Positions 30,487-44,364 of a DNA stretch of 64,000 nucleotides are shown here, piece by piece; position 1 is the first letter of the stretch; every line of letters begins with the position of its first letter. The notes under the pieces were generated by a model, which saw only the letters and a list, made by a program, of their open reading frames with translations, made no database searches and was not told where the DNA came from. Made by a program: the position numbers and the translations under genes. This DNA comes from Eledone cirrhosa (Eukaryota): the NCBI GenBank assembly GCA_964016885.1, contig OZ024741.1, forward strand, positions 104,408,001-104,472,000, in the 5' to 3' direction.

Positions 30487-30547
<61 letters not shown>

Positions 30548-30564
30548 TATATATATAGATTGCC

Positions 30565-32716
30565 TTGCTTAGTCCAGGGTAGTACAATAAGCAAGGCAAT
30601 CAAAGATATGAAGACGGGTAAGGCGGCTGGTCCTTCGGAAATAGTTGCTGAGATGCTGAAGGCATCTGGTTCGGTGGGACACACCATGGTCACCCGGATA
30701 GTTAACCAAGTCGTACAGAATGGGGTTGTTCCGAAGGACTGGCGTAGCAGCATCATCGTTAACTGCTATAAGGGAAAAGGAGATGCCCTAGATAGGAGTA
30801 ACTATAGAGGCATTAAATTAATCGACCAGGTCATGAAGGTCACGGAAAAAGTAATAGCGCAACTAATCAGAGAGAGAATTGATCTAGATGAAATGCAGTT
30901 CGGATTTGTGTCAGGCAAAAGTACCACAGACGCTCTTTTCATTGTACGACAACTACAGGAGAAGTACCTAGCTAAAAGTAAACCCCTATACTTAGCTTTC
31001 GTCGACTTGGAGAAAGCCTTCGACAGAGTCCCCCGTTCCATTATCTGGTGGTCTCTTAGAAAACTAGGTGTTGACGAATGGCTTGTGAGAGCTATACAAG
31101 CCATGTATAAAGAAACAGTCAGAAAGGTTAGAATTAACAACGAATATAGTGAAGTGTTTAGCGTAAAAGTTGGTGTCCATCAGGGCTCTGTTCTTAGCCT
31201 CCTACTATTTATTATTGCCCTTCAGGCTATAACAGAGGAGTTCAAGACCGGCTGCCCATGGGAACTCCTATACGCAGACGATCTAACGCTCATAGCTGAA
31301 TCAATGACCGAACTAGAGAAGAAATTCCAAACATGGAAGCACGGCCTAGAATCAAAAGGCCTTAAAATTAACCTGGCTAAGACTAAAGTTCTAGTTTGTA
31401 GGAAAGAAAATAAGGCGGCAGTCCCATCTGGGAAATGGCCATGCTCAGTGTGTAGGAAAGGCGTAGGTAGAAACTCCATTTTATGTCCCAAATGCAAAGT
31501 ATGGGTGCATAAAAGATGTAGTGGGATCACAGGTAAGCTAACTAAGAACATAGATTTTACATGTGGCCGGTGCTCTGGTGCAATAAGTAGCAGCAAGTGC
31601 CCACAAAATACTAGCTCCTTCAACTGCGCAGAGGGTTCTATAGAAATAGTGGACAGCTTCCGTTACCTGGGTGACAAAATCAGCAGTGGGGGAGGGTGCT
31701 CTGAAAGTACAGTAGCTAGAGTCAGAACTGGTTGGAAAAAGTTCAGAGAGCTTATACCACTATTAGCCGCTAGAGGGTTCTCCCTAAAAATGAAAGGCAG
31801 GTTGTACGATGCCTGCATAGGAACAGCAATGCTGCATGGCAGTGAGACCTGGGCGTTGTGTGCAGAGGATATACGCAGACTAGAGAGGAACGAAGCTTGC
31901 ATGCTCCGCTGGATGTGCAATAGTAATATACGTGAACAGTAAAGCATAAACGAACTAAGGAAAAAATTTGAAATAAGAGGGATCAGATGTTGTTTACTCG
32001 AGAGAAGGCTACGTTGGTACGGTCACGTGATGTGCATGAAAGACGACAGCTGTATAACAAAGTGCAGGGCAATAAAGATAAACGGTAGCCACGGAGTAGG
32101 CAGACCCAGAAAAACATGGGACGAGCTGATAAATTCCGACCTCACACGCTTACACCTCTCCAAGACAATGTCACTGGACCGAGACCTTTGGCGGTACTCA
32201 GTAATAGAGAAGACCCGCCTTACCTAAATACAAAGTAAAAACCTACTACAGTCAGTAGGCATCTCTATCAAAACACCCCCCCGTCCCACCACCTCCACAC
32301 CGCCTCTTTCAATGTAAAGTTATGTTGGTCCCACAACATCCAGGCCGAAACAAATGAGATCGTGTAGGTGTCACGGCAAAAAAACACACAGTCCATGCTG
32401 TAAATGTGGCCGTGTAGGCAACACGGTAAAAACCTCCCAGCCCCACACTGTAAATGTGGTTGGTGTTAGGAAGGGCATCCAGCTGTAGAAAACACGCCAG
32501 ACAGTCCACGCTGTAATGTGGCCGTGTAGGCAACACGGTAAAAACCTCCCAGCCCCACACTGTAAATGTGGTTGGTGTTAGGAAGGGCATCCAACTGTAG
32601 AAAACCCGCCAGACAGTCCTATGCGAGCAAGAGAACCACTCTTGCCTCAAGTGGGAAAACCCCCGTCCAAACCCATGCAAGCGTGGAACACGGACGCTAA
32701 ACCTGATGATGATGAT
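30565..32716 (+). mobile_element. 5'-truncated RTE LINE with nearly intact RT containing a PHD-type finger
   Basis: ORF 30368-31942 (true homology starts ~30570): NYRGI, QFGF, FVDLEKAFDRV, GVHQGSVLS, YADD, the C4HC3 finger and FRYLG. A premature TAA lies at 31940. The 3' UTR has an internal tandem duplication and a (GAT)n tail. Confidence 0.93.
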
Positions 32717-32724
32717 ATATATAC

Positions 32725-32806
<82 letters not shown>

Positions 32807-32957
32807 CATATTATATATATATATAGACATACATATTATATATATATATAGACATACATATTATATATATATAATGTGTGTATATATATAATGTGTGTAT
32901 ATATATAATGTGCGTATATATATATGTGTATATATATATATAATGTGTATATATATG

Positions 32958-32989
<32 letters not shown>

Positions 32990-33202
32990 ATGTGTATATG
33001 TAATGTATATATATGTATATATATATATATAATGTATATATATATGTATATATATATATATATAATGTATATATATTTATATATATATATATATAATGTA
33101 TATATATTTATATATATACATATATAATGTATATATATATATATATAATGTATATATATATATAATGTATATATATATATATATAATGTATATATATATA
33201 TA

Positions 33203-33233
<31 letters not shown>

Positions 33234-33453
33234 ATGTATATATATATATATATATATATATAATGTATATATATTTATATATATACATATATAATGTATA
33301 TATATATATAATGTATATATATATATAATGTATATATATATATATAATGTATATATATATATAATGTGTATATATAATGTATATATATATATATATAATG
33401 TGTATATATATAATGTATGTGTATATATAATGTGTATATATATAATGTATGTG

Positions 33454-33486
<33 letters not shown>

Positions 33487-33489
33487 GTG

Positions 33490-35646
33490 TATATTTATTA
33501 AATAACAGATTAAAGTTTAAGCAAAGAATCGCTGCTTTCACCCTTAACGGGATCTTCTGAAACTAATAAAGTCAATCTGTAAACGCAGAACTGGATATTT
33601 CAAAAAACGTTGCAACCGGAGGAAGTCAGGAAGACGATACTTTGGTTCGTGGAAACGTTCGCTGGCAAAGAACGGGAAAAAACGAATAATACGTCATTAA
33701 TCGGAGCGGTGATAAACAATTACGCGCAAAGACAGAACCACGTTTATGGTATAAAAGAGGTCGTAGACTAATGTTCTCTTAGGTGGTGCATAGAGACGTT
33801 CTCTGGCAATGAACGAAAAAACGAAGATAATAAGTCATATGTGGAGCGTGGAGAACAATAGCACGCAAAACCAAAAACAAAACCACGTAAATGGTATAGC
33901 AGAAGTCGTAGACTAAAATTCTAACTAGGAGACCAAATGAGTCTCCGCTACAGAGTTAAGAACAAAGTAAATACAATACAGAAGTAATAGAAATAATAAA
34001 TACGTACATACACAAGCATACGCAAAACCTTACCATAGGTATACAAAACCACGCACATATAAATATGTGTGTGTGTGTATGCTTGTGTACAAATAAATAA
34101 TTATATAAACGTATATAAGTAAATAAATACGTACATAACAAGCGCACACTCATACCTACATATAAATACACGAATGTTCGGAGACGTAAGTCAACTAAAA
34201 CAAGAAGTACACATATATACACACCCACCATACGTACGAACCTGCATACTCAGGCAGACGCAAAACTCCCGTATACACATAGCCAAACCCTAAATATTAG
34301 AATATATAAAAAAATTATACGCCATAACAATCAAATATACGTACGAGAAGGTATACATACCTTCACAAAACATACGGGTAATATATACTTACCTATGCAA
34401 ATAAGTAAAGGAATAAACAAAACATATACTTAGCTCCCACATCAAGACGTAAAATATCCACGTATAGATCGTACTATCCGTTAGGGTATAATGTTGGGCT
34501 GTAATACAGGAAAGTTTTGTGCAATTTATGTTTACAAGCCGAAATTGCCTCAGATTTTTTGTTTAAGATGTGGTCTGTGGCGTAGAGTATTTCCAGGGCC
34601 TCAGCGGCGCAGAGGTCACATGGTCTTTTATTTCCGTTATACGATCTAGCCCTAGCTAGGATCTTCCAGTGTAACTTATATTGGGTGTGGTTGTCTTTAG
34701 ACTCCAGATATAAGCTGAAAGTGACGTCATTCCTTCTTAGAGGGTAACGAAAAGAATGGGTATGCGTGTAAAGACGCTGCTTGAAACTATTAGCGGTTAA
34801 CCCTATGTAGGCCCTACGGGACGTGGGTGTTACAACCTACATTCGTAGACAATGTTACTAGAGAGGCATTTCCCGGATAGGGGGAAATCAGCCCGATTCC
34901 TACAATTACAGTTAGTACTAACTACAGGGTTGCACGTGTTCCTACGGCTAGGTAGTTTAGCTAAATTTGAAGCTGTGATGTTATGTGCAAGGTTAGGAGT
35001 CGTAGAGTAAGAAATTTTAATAGTATTTCTATTAAAAATTTTACTATATTTATGTGTAGGGGGAAAATGCTTCGTAATAAGGGAAAGGAAGATCTTAGCT
35101 ATTGGTGTGGCCACCTCCATATTATATGGTGGGTTAAACCAACAAATGCGACGGGATCTATTTCTTCTAGGTCTATTTTCGTACTCTGTATATGCTACCT
35201 TATCGACAAATCCACTTCGAGCAAGAGCTTCATTGTAATAAGTGGAATGGTCGTTGAAAATGCGCTCGTTGGTGGAAAGACGGGAAAGCCTCAACGAAAC
35301 GTTTCTTACCAGGTTCTTGGTTATACTGGCAGGATGGTTGGAATGCTTACTTATGTAATTAAGCGTATCATTCGGCTTTCTATACGGGTAATACAACCCA
35401 TTCAATAAATTGAGGGTAACGTCGAGGTAATTAACGACCAAGAGATTGGCCTCAACCTGTATAGAGAGGTTGAAGCCTTTAAAGAAGGCTGTGAGTTCTT
35501 TTCTGAACCTGTCGCAAGCACGAGGTCCGCACTTAGTCATGGTCAAAAGACCATCGTCACGGTACAAACCACCGCCCGCGTTGGGGAATTCGTCCTTGAT
35601 AGAGAAAAGAAGGAAAAGGCCAATAAGATCAGTAACCTCCGCAGAC
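33490..35646 (-). mobile_element. Penelope-like element, inverted 5'-truncated arm
   Basis: Minus ORF 34830-35567 (YRDDGL...), near-identical reverse complement of 36616-38741. Confidence 0.92.
33514..33564 (-). ncRNA. Variant type I hammerhead ribozyme in the PLE pseudo-LTR
   Basis: Minus strand reads AGTTT-CAGAAGA-TCCC gttaa GGGT-GAAA-GCAG cgattct TTGC-TT-AAACT. Stem I is extended by CAGATT/AATCTG. The core has A at U4. Confidence 0.6.
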
Positions 35647-38600
35647 TACTGACTTATATTCATCATGCAGAAACAACATCTGAATATTTCTACAAAGAAC
35701 ATACCCGTACCAAGCAGGAAAACATACCTAAAACTCCTGATACAGAAAACAGACGCGTTCATTAAAAGGTTGCGTTGGCGTGCCTTTTATTTCGATAATC
35801 CGCGAAAAGCAGACAACAAACAGGATAAATTTGGATTTAAAACCTATAATAACCCCCCGTGGAACCCAGCATTGCTACCCTTCGAAAATGATGTCTTGGA
35901 ACTCATTCGGAGTATCAAATTTCGGAATAGGAGCAATTCCTTCCAGCAAGACCTGAAGAATAGAATTCGTTCTATTAAGGATTCTAACGCCGTGCACGTC
36001 CATTCCGACAAAACTGGCAACCTATATCAAGTGGAGCGCAGTACTTACCATCAACTACTACATAATGCTGTAACTAAGGATTACCGTAAAACTAATCGGT
36101 GCGTCATCAATGAAATAACGACGCTGGGTTTAAAATCACATCTGATCTCAACATCCTGGACCGGACCGAACCTCTGGACCCTATTTCTCCCCACTTTACC
36201 CTGAAGGATCACAAATCCAATTTTCCGAACAACCCCTCTTTTCGGCTTATTAACCCTACGAAGTCCGATTTAGGTAGACTTAGTAAAACGATTCTTGATA
36301 GAATTATACCTGAAATTAGAAGTTTGGCCCCTCTCGCACTGTGGAACAATTCTTTCGCGGTGATTGATTGGTTCAACGGCATACGTAACAAGGAACATTG
36401 CCGTTTTATCCAATTCGACATCAACAATTACTACTCCTCCATCACTTTACCACTTCTCCTTAGAGCTATCAATTTCGCTAAAACACTCACAGTGGTTAAG
36501 GATTTCGAAGTTGATGTCATCCTTAATGCCCGAAAGTCGGTGATTAATTTCGACGACTCTATTTGGATTAAAAAATCCAATAGTACTCCATTCGACGTGA
36601 GTATGGGCGCCAGTGACTCTGCTGAGGTTACTGATCTTATTGGCATTTTCCTTCTTTTCTCTATCAAGGACGAATTCCCCAACGCGGGCGGTGGTTTGTA
36701 CCGTGACGATGGTCTTTTGACCATGACTAAGTGCGGACCTCGTGCTTGCGACAGGTTCAGAAAAGAACTCACAGCCTTCTTTAAAGGCTTCAACCTCTCT
36801 ATACAGGTTGAGGCCAATCTCTCGGTCGTTAATTACCTCGACGTTACCCTCAATTTATTGAATGGGTTGTATTACCCGTATAGAAAGCCGAATGATACGC
36901 TTAATTACATAAGTAAGCATTCCAACCATCTTGCCAGCATAACCAAGAACCTGGTAAGAAACGTTTCGTTGAGGCTTTCCCGTCTTTCCACCAACGAGCG
37001 CATTTTCAACGACCATTCCACTTATTACAATGAAGCTCTTGCTCGAAGTGGATTTGTCGATAAGGTAGCATATACAGAGTACGAAAATAGACCTAGAAGA
37101 AATAGATCCCGTCGCATTTGTTGGTTTAACCCACCATATAATATGGAGGTGGCCACACCAATAGCTAAGATCTTCCTTTCCCTTATTACGAAGCATTTTC
37201 CCCCTACACATAAATATAGTAAAATTTTTAATAGAAATACTATTAAAATTTCTTACTCTACGACTCCTAACCTTGCACATAACATCACAGCTTCAAATTT
37301 AGCTAAACTACCTAGCCGTAGGAACACGTGCAACCCTGTAGTTAGTACTAACTGTAATTGTAGGAATCGGGCTGATTTCCCCCTATCCGGGAAATGCCTC
37401 TCTAGTAACATTGTCTACGAATGTAGGTTGTAACACCCACGTCCCGTAGGGCCTACATAGGGTTAACCGCCAATAGTTTCAAGCAGCGTCTTTACACGCA
37501 TACCCATTCTTTTCGTTACCCTCTAAGAAGGAATGACGTCACTTTCAGCTTATATCTGGAGTCTAAAGACAACCACACCCAATATAAGTTACACTGGAGA
37601 TCCTAGCTAGGGCTAGATCGTATAACGGAAATAAAAGACCATGTGACCTCTGCGCCGCTGAGGCCCTGGAAATACTCTACGCCACAGACCACATCTTAAA
37701 CAAAAAATCTGAGGCAATTTCGGCTTGTAAACATAAATTGCACAAAACTTTCCTGTATTACAGCCCAACATTATACCCTAACGGATAGTACGATCTATAC
37801 GTGGATATTTTACGTCTTGATGTGGGAGCTAAGTATATGTTTTGTTTATTCCTTTACTTATTTGCATAGGTAAGTATATATTACCCGTATGTTTTGTGAA
37901 GGTATGTATACCTTCTCGTACGTATATTTGATTGTTATGGCGTATAATTTTTTTATATATTCTAGTATTTAGGGTTTGGCTATGTGTATACGGGAGTTTT
38001 GCGTCTGCGTGAGTATGCAGGTTCGTACGTATGGTGGGTGTGTGTATATGTGTACTTCTTGTTTTAGTTGACTTACGTCTCCGAACATTCGTGTATTTAT
38101 ATGTAGGTATGTGTGTGCGCTTGTTATATACGTATTTATTTACTTATATACGTTTATATAATTATTTATTTATTTATTTGTACACAAGCATACACACACA
38201 CGCATATTTATATGTGCGTGGTTTTGTATACCTATGGTAAGGTTTTGCGTATGCTTGTGTATGTACGTATTTGTTTGCGTGTACGTATTTATTATTTCTA
38301 TTACTTCTGTATTGTATTTACTTTGTTCTTAACTCTGTAGCGGAGACTCATTTGGTCTCCTAGTTAGAATTTTAGTCTACGACTTCTGCTATACCATTTA
38401 CGTGGTTTTGTTTTTGGTTTTGCGTGCTATTGTTCTCCACGCTCCACATATGACTTATTATCTTCGTTTTTTCGTTCATTGCCAGAGAACGTCTCTATGC
38501 ACCACCTAAGAGAACATTAGTCTACGACCTCTATTATACCATAAACGTGGTTCTGTCTTTGCGCGTAATTGTTTATCACCGCTCCTATTAATGACGTATT

Positions 38601-38741
38601 ATTCGTTTTTTCCCGTTCTTTGCCAGCGAACGTTTCACGAACCAAAGTATCGTCTTCCTGTCTTCCTCCGGTTGCAACGTTTTTTGAAATATCCAGTTCT
38701 GCGTTTACAGATTGACTTTATTAGTTTCAGAAGATCCCGTT
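35647..38741 (+). mobile_element. Near full-length Penelope-like element (RT plus C-terminal GIY-YIG), frameshifted; CxC-linker type
   Basis: ATG at 35665 (KNIPVPS...FIKRLRWRA), DKTGN, FDINNYY, MGA..S, YRDD, WFNPPY, CNC...PL..KCL..NIVYEC, then out-of-frame AYIGLTANSFKQRLYTH and CDLC...ILNKKSE. Confidence 0.93.
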
Positions 38742-38806
38742 ATATATATATATATAATGTATATACGATATTAAATAAATGGAAATTATATTTATAAAAC
38801 CATATT

Positions 38807-38872
38807 TATTTCATTATATATATTTCAGGGATATCATATTAACAATATGTTATGCCTTCTTCAGACAAAATA
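38807..38872 (-). ncRNA. Minimal type I hammerhead ribozyme (inverted copy)
   Basis: Reverse complement of 38962-39027. Confidence 0.75.
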
Positions 38873-38961
38873 CAATATAGACAGTCTTATAAATAAATAG
38901 ATTCGACATACCTTTCAACATCGACTTGCATTTGAAAAGTTGATTAAGACTGTCTATATTG

Positions 38962-39027
38962 TATTTTGTCTGAAGAAGGCATAACATATTGTTAATATGA
39001 TATCCCTGAAATATATATAATGAAATA
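38962..39027 (+). ncRNA. Minimal type I hammerhead ribozyme
   Basis: TATTTTGT-CTGAAGA-AGGCATAACATATT gtt AATATGATATCCCT-GAAA-TATATA-TA-ATGAAATA. Stem I is 8 bp with G-U pairs; stem III is palindromic. Confidence 0.78.
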
Positions 39028-39178
39028 AATATGGTTTTATAAATATAATTTCCATTTATTTAATATCGTAAATATACTCCAAATACTTGTTGAGTGCTTT
39101 TATATCAGTTATAAATATTTACTCGTTGTAACCCAACAATTTAAATATAACTTTCCATATATAATGTATATATATATA

Positions 39179-39259
<81 letters not shown>

Positions 39260-39354
39260 TATATATATATATATATAATGTATATATGTATATATATATA
39301 TATAATGTATGTATATATATATATATATAATGTATATATATATATATATATATA

Positions 39355-39393
<39 letters not shown>

Positions 39394-39394
39394 G

Positions 39395-39921
39395 TATCAT
39401 CATCATCATCATCATCAGGTTTAGCGTCCGTGTTCCACGCTTGCATGGGTTTGGACGGGGGTTTTCCCACTTGAGGCAAGAGTGGTTGTCTTGCTCGCAT
39501 AGGACTGTCTGGCGAGTTTTCTACAGCTGGATGCCCTTCCTAACACCAACCAAATTTATAGTGTGGGGCTGGGAGGTTTTTACCGTGTTGCCTACACGTC
39601 CACATTACAGCGTGGACTGTCTGGCGGGTTTTCTACAGCTGGATGCCCTTCCTAACACCAACCACATTTACAGTGTGGGGCTGGGAGGTTTTTACCGTGT
39701 TGCCTACACGGCCACATTACAGCGTGGACTGTGTGTTTTTTTTGTCGTGACACCTACACGATCTCATTTGTTTCGGCCTGGATGTTGTGGGACCAACATA
39801 ACTTTACATTGAAAGGGGCGGTGTGGATGGGGTGGGGGTGGTGGGACGGGGGTGTGTTTTGATAGAGATGCCTACTGACTGTAGTAGGTTTTTGCTTTGT
39901 ATTTAGGTAAGGCGGGTCTTC

Positions 39922-39922
<1 letters not shown>
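39395..39922 (-). mobile_element. RTE 3' UTR, inverted near-copy of 32210-32716
   Basis: Shares the internal tandem duplication and the GCTAAACCTGATGAT tail variant. Confidence 0.85.
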
Positions 39923-39958
<36 letters not shown>

Positions 39959-39993
39959 GTGTATATATATATATATATAATGTATATATATAT

Positions 39994-40051
<58 letters not shown>

Positions 40052-40144
40052 GTATATATATAATGTATATATATATAATGTATATATATAATGTATATAT
40101 ATATATATATATATATAATGTGTATATATATATATATATATATA

Positions 40145-40175
<31 letters not shown>

Positions 40176-40248
40176 ATGTATATATATATATATATATATA
40201 TATAATGTATATATATATATATATAATGTATATATATATATATATATA

Positions 40249-40295
<47 letters not shown>

Positions 40296-40370
40296 GTATA
40301 TATATATATATATATATATAATGTATATATATATATATATAATGTATATATATATATATATATATATATA

Positions 40371-40413
<43 letters not shown>

Positions 40414-40587
40414 GTATATATATATATATATATATATATAGATTTTGAGTTTATGTTGTTTGTATACCAACACCTCAGTATGCAGGCTGGAGCACTCGAC
40501 GTAGTGCGCAGGTTGTTTGGTTACTCCGGAGTAGTGTAAAATAAAGTTAAATAAAAGTCAAATGATTAAAATTTAGCTTCGTTTATT

Positions 40588-40642
40588 ACTGCTATATATA
40601 TTTCAGTGACAGCCATCTTTGGCTGTGACCTCTTCAGGCAGT
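40588..40642 (-). ncRNA. Minimal type I hammerhead ribozyme
   Basis: Minus strand reads ACTGC-CTGAAGA-GGTCACAGCC aaagat GGCTGTCACT-GAAA-TATATA-TA-GCAGT. Confidence 0.8.
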
Positions 40643-40654
40643 TTATATTAGTAT

Positions 40655-40854
40655 NNNNNNNNNNNNNNNNNNNNNNNNNNNNNNNNNNNNNNNNNNNNNN
40701 NNNNNNNNNNNNNNNNNNNNNNNNNNNNNNNNNNNNNNNNNNNNNNNNNNNNNNNNNNNNNNNNNNNNNNNNNNNNNNNNNNNNNNNNNNNNNNNNNNNN
40801 NNNNNNNNNNNNNNNNNNNNNNNNNNNNNNNNNNNNNNNNNNNNNNNNNNNNNN
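40655..40854. other. Assembly gap (200 N)
   Basis: Run of N. Confidence 1.
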
Positions 40855-41990
40855 AGAGATAAAATCAGAGTGTATAGAGGAGCCAGAACCAAATGGGAAA
40901 AAATGGTAAATAATGACACAAATGGGACCTGCCCCTTGTATAGGAGCAAATTTTGGAATAGAATAGAAAGAACTAGGAATAAGGCTAATAGAATAAACTC
41001 ACGGTATGATAGCAATAAATACCAGAGTGTAATGTTCATCGATACAACCCGAGAGGTGAATTAGCTTACAAATTTAGAAGGGCCCTAGATAAACATAAAC
41101 TCAATATTAAGATAGTAGAAAGACCAGGTACCTCCATAAAAACACTTATTAGCAAGACCTACCCTTTCCAAAGACCCCCCTGTATAGATAGGAAGTGTAT
41201 AACCTGTAAATTAAGCCCCCATATTAACTGTAAAACTAGAAATGTAGTATATAGCATAAGATGTACTGAAGGACAATGTAGAGATAAAAATATAGTGTAC
41301 ATAGGTGAGACAGCTCGTAGTGTAGAGGAACGGATAAATGAACACTGGCGAGACCTTCAAGATAGTAAAGAATCATCTGTACTCTACCAACATGCTAAAA
41401 TAGAACATAAGGGTAAATTAGAGAACATAGAAATAAAAATAGAATCTACACACAGAAAGGACGCAATGTTTAGACAAATCACAGAGGCAATAAACATAAA
41501 AGAATTACAACCAAAATTAAATAGAAAACATGAGTGGAACAGCAACATCACAACTTGCAATTAAGGACAAAATGAAAACACACACGCACATAGAACAAAC
41601 AACCAACCAGTAACATGTAAATAAACAAATAAATAAATGAATATAAACACACAGACACCCGGATGTGGCGCATGCGCAGACTGAGCACACAACACACACA
41701 CAGAAACAAGATGGCGTAGGACTGAACAAAATAATCCCCAATCACTGAAGAGGTCACAGAATGTGTGACAAAAGAACTTAATATATATAAACAACCATGT
41801 GGTTGTGAAACCAACCAACCAACCGGAAATTTATAAATTCCTAAATTTATAAATTTATTATAATAAATTGAAGTGAAAGCAACTGGTGCGTGTGTTTCTT
41901 ATTGGCAACATGACCCTCCCAAAGTATAACAATATCGGTTTCAACTCACGTTTTCAGATAGAGAATCTTGCTAAACAAATTCAGAAACGA
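40855..41990 (+). mobile_element. Penelope-like element 3' part of a different clade (CxxC linker, GIY-YIG endonuclease)
   Basis: PLYRSKFWNR; IVERPGTSIK...CITC...CKTRNVVYSIRC; YIGETARSVEERINEH...RQITEA...LNRKHEW (ORF 41295-41564). Confidence 0.85.
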
Positions 41991-43502
<1,512 letters not shown>

Positions 43503-43636
43503 ATTGTTTCTACTTTTGGCACAAGGCCAGCAATTATCCCAGTACATTACTGATACTTTATTTTATCGACCCCGTAAGGATGAAAGGCAAAGTTAACTTC
43601 GGCGGGAATTGAACTCAGATCGTAAAGGGACGTAAC
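43503..43636 (-). mobile_element. Truncated tRNA-derived SINE
   Basis: Reverse complement of the SINE at 870-1057. Confidence 0.8.
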
Positions 43637-43674
43637 AATGTATATATATATATATATATAATATATACATATAA

Positions 43675-43724
<50 letters not shown>

Positions 43725-43790
43725 CTATCTATATATATAATCTATATATATATATATATATATATATATAATCTATATATATATATATAA

Positions 43791-43824
<34 letters not shown>

Positions 43825-43962
43825 CTATATATATATATATAATCTCTATATATATATAATGTATATATATATATATGTATAATCTATCTATATATATATA
43901 ATCTCTCTCTCTCTCTATATATATATATATAATGTATATATATGTATATATATATATATATA

Positions 43963-44284
43963 TATTGGTAAACGGAATAGAAAATGCTGACAAATTGTTC
44001 ACAGTTGAAAAATGGTTTAATTAGGAATAAAAGAGTATTAGTGATTGTATGGGTTAGTATTCAGTTGTGGTTTTAAGTTTTTAAGTTTTTACCGGTTGCG
44101 CATTTCTAAATGCTTTTCAAAAATAATTTTGAGATAGAGTGTTCGTGCTGTTTGCTCTAACCCATACAATCACTAATACTCTTTTATTCCTAATTAAACC
44201 ATTTTTCAACTGTGAACAATTTGTCAGCATTTTCTATTCCGTTTACCAATATATAATAACTTGTGTGTTACACCTCTATTCTTT

Positions 44285-44290
<6 letters not shown>
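43963..44290. repeat. Fold-back element with ~95-bp inverted arms (43963-44057 and 44157-44251) in (TA)n
   Basis: TATTGGTAAACGG...GGGTTAG pairs with CTAACCC...CCGTTTACCAATA. Confidence 0.85.

Positions 44291-44361
<71 letters not shown>

Positions 44362-44364
<3 letters not shown>

Larger units (their letters stand above)
38764..39158. mobile_element. Non-coding fold-back element with two inverted hammerheads (arms 38764-38889 and 38945-39070)
   Basis: Inverted repeat of ~126 bp; the sequence is shared with both ends of 55258-57147 and with 59131-59160. Confidence 0.8.

Noticed and set aside
41740-41900. Hammerhead at CTGAAGAGGTCACAG...TGTGAC
   Set aside because: Stem II forms, but GAAA and stem III/UH are missing; at most a decayed relic.
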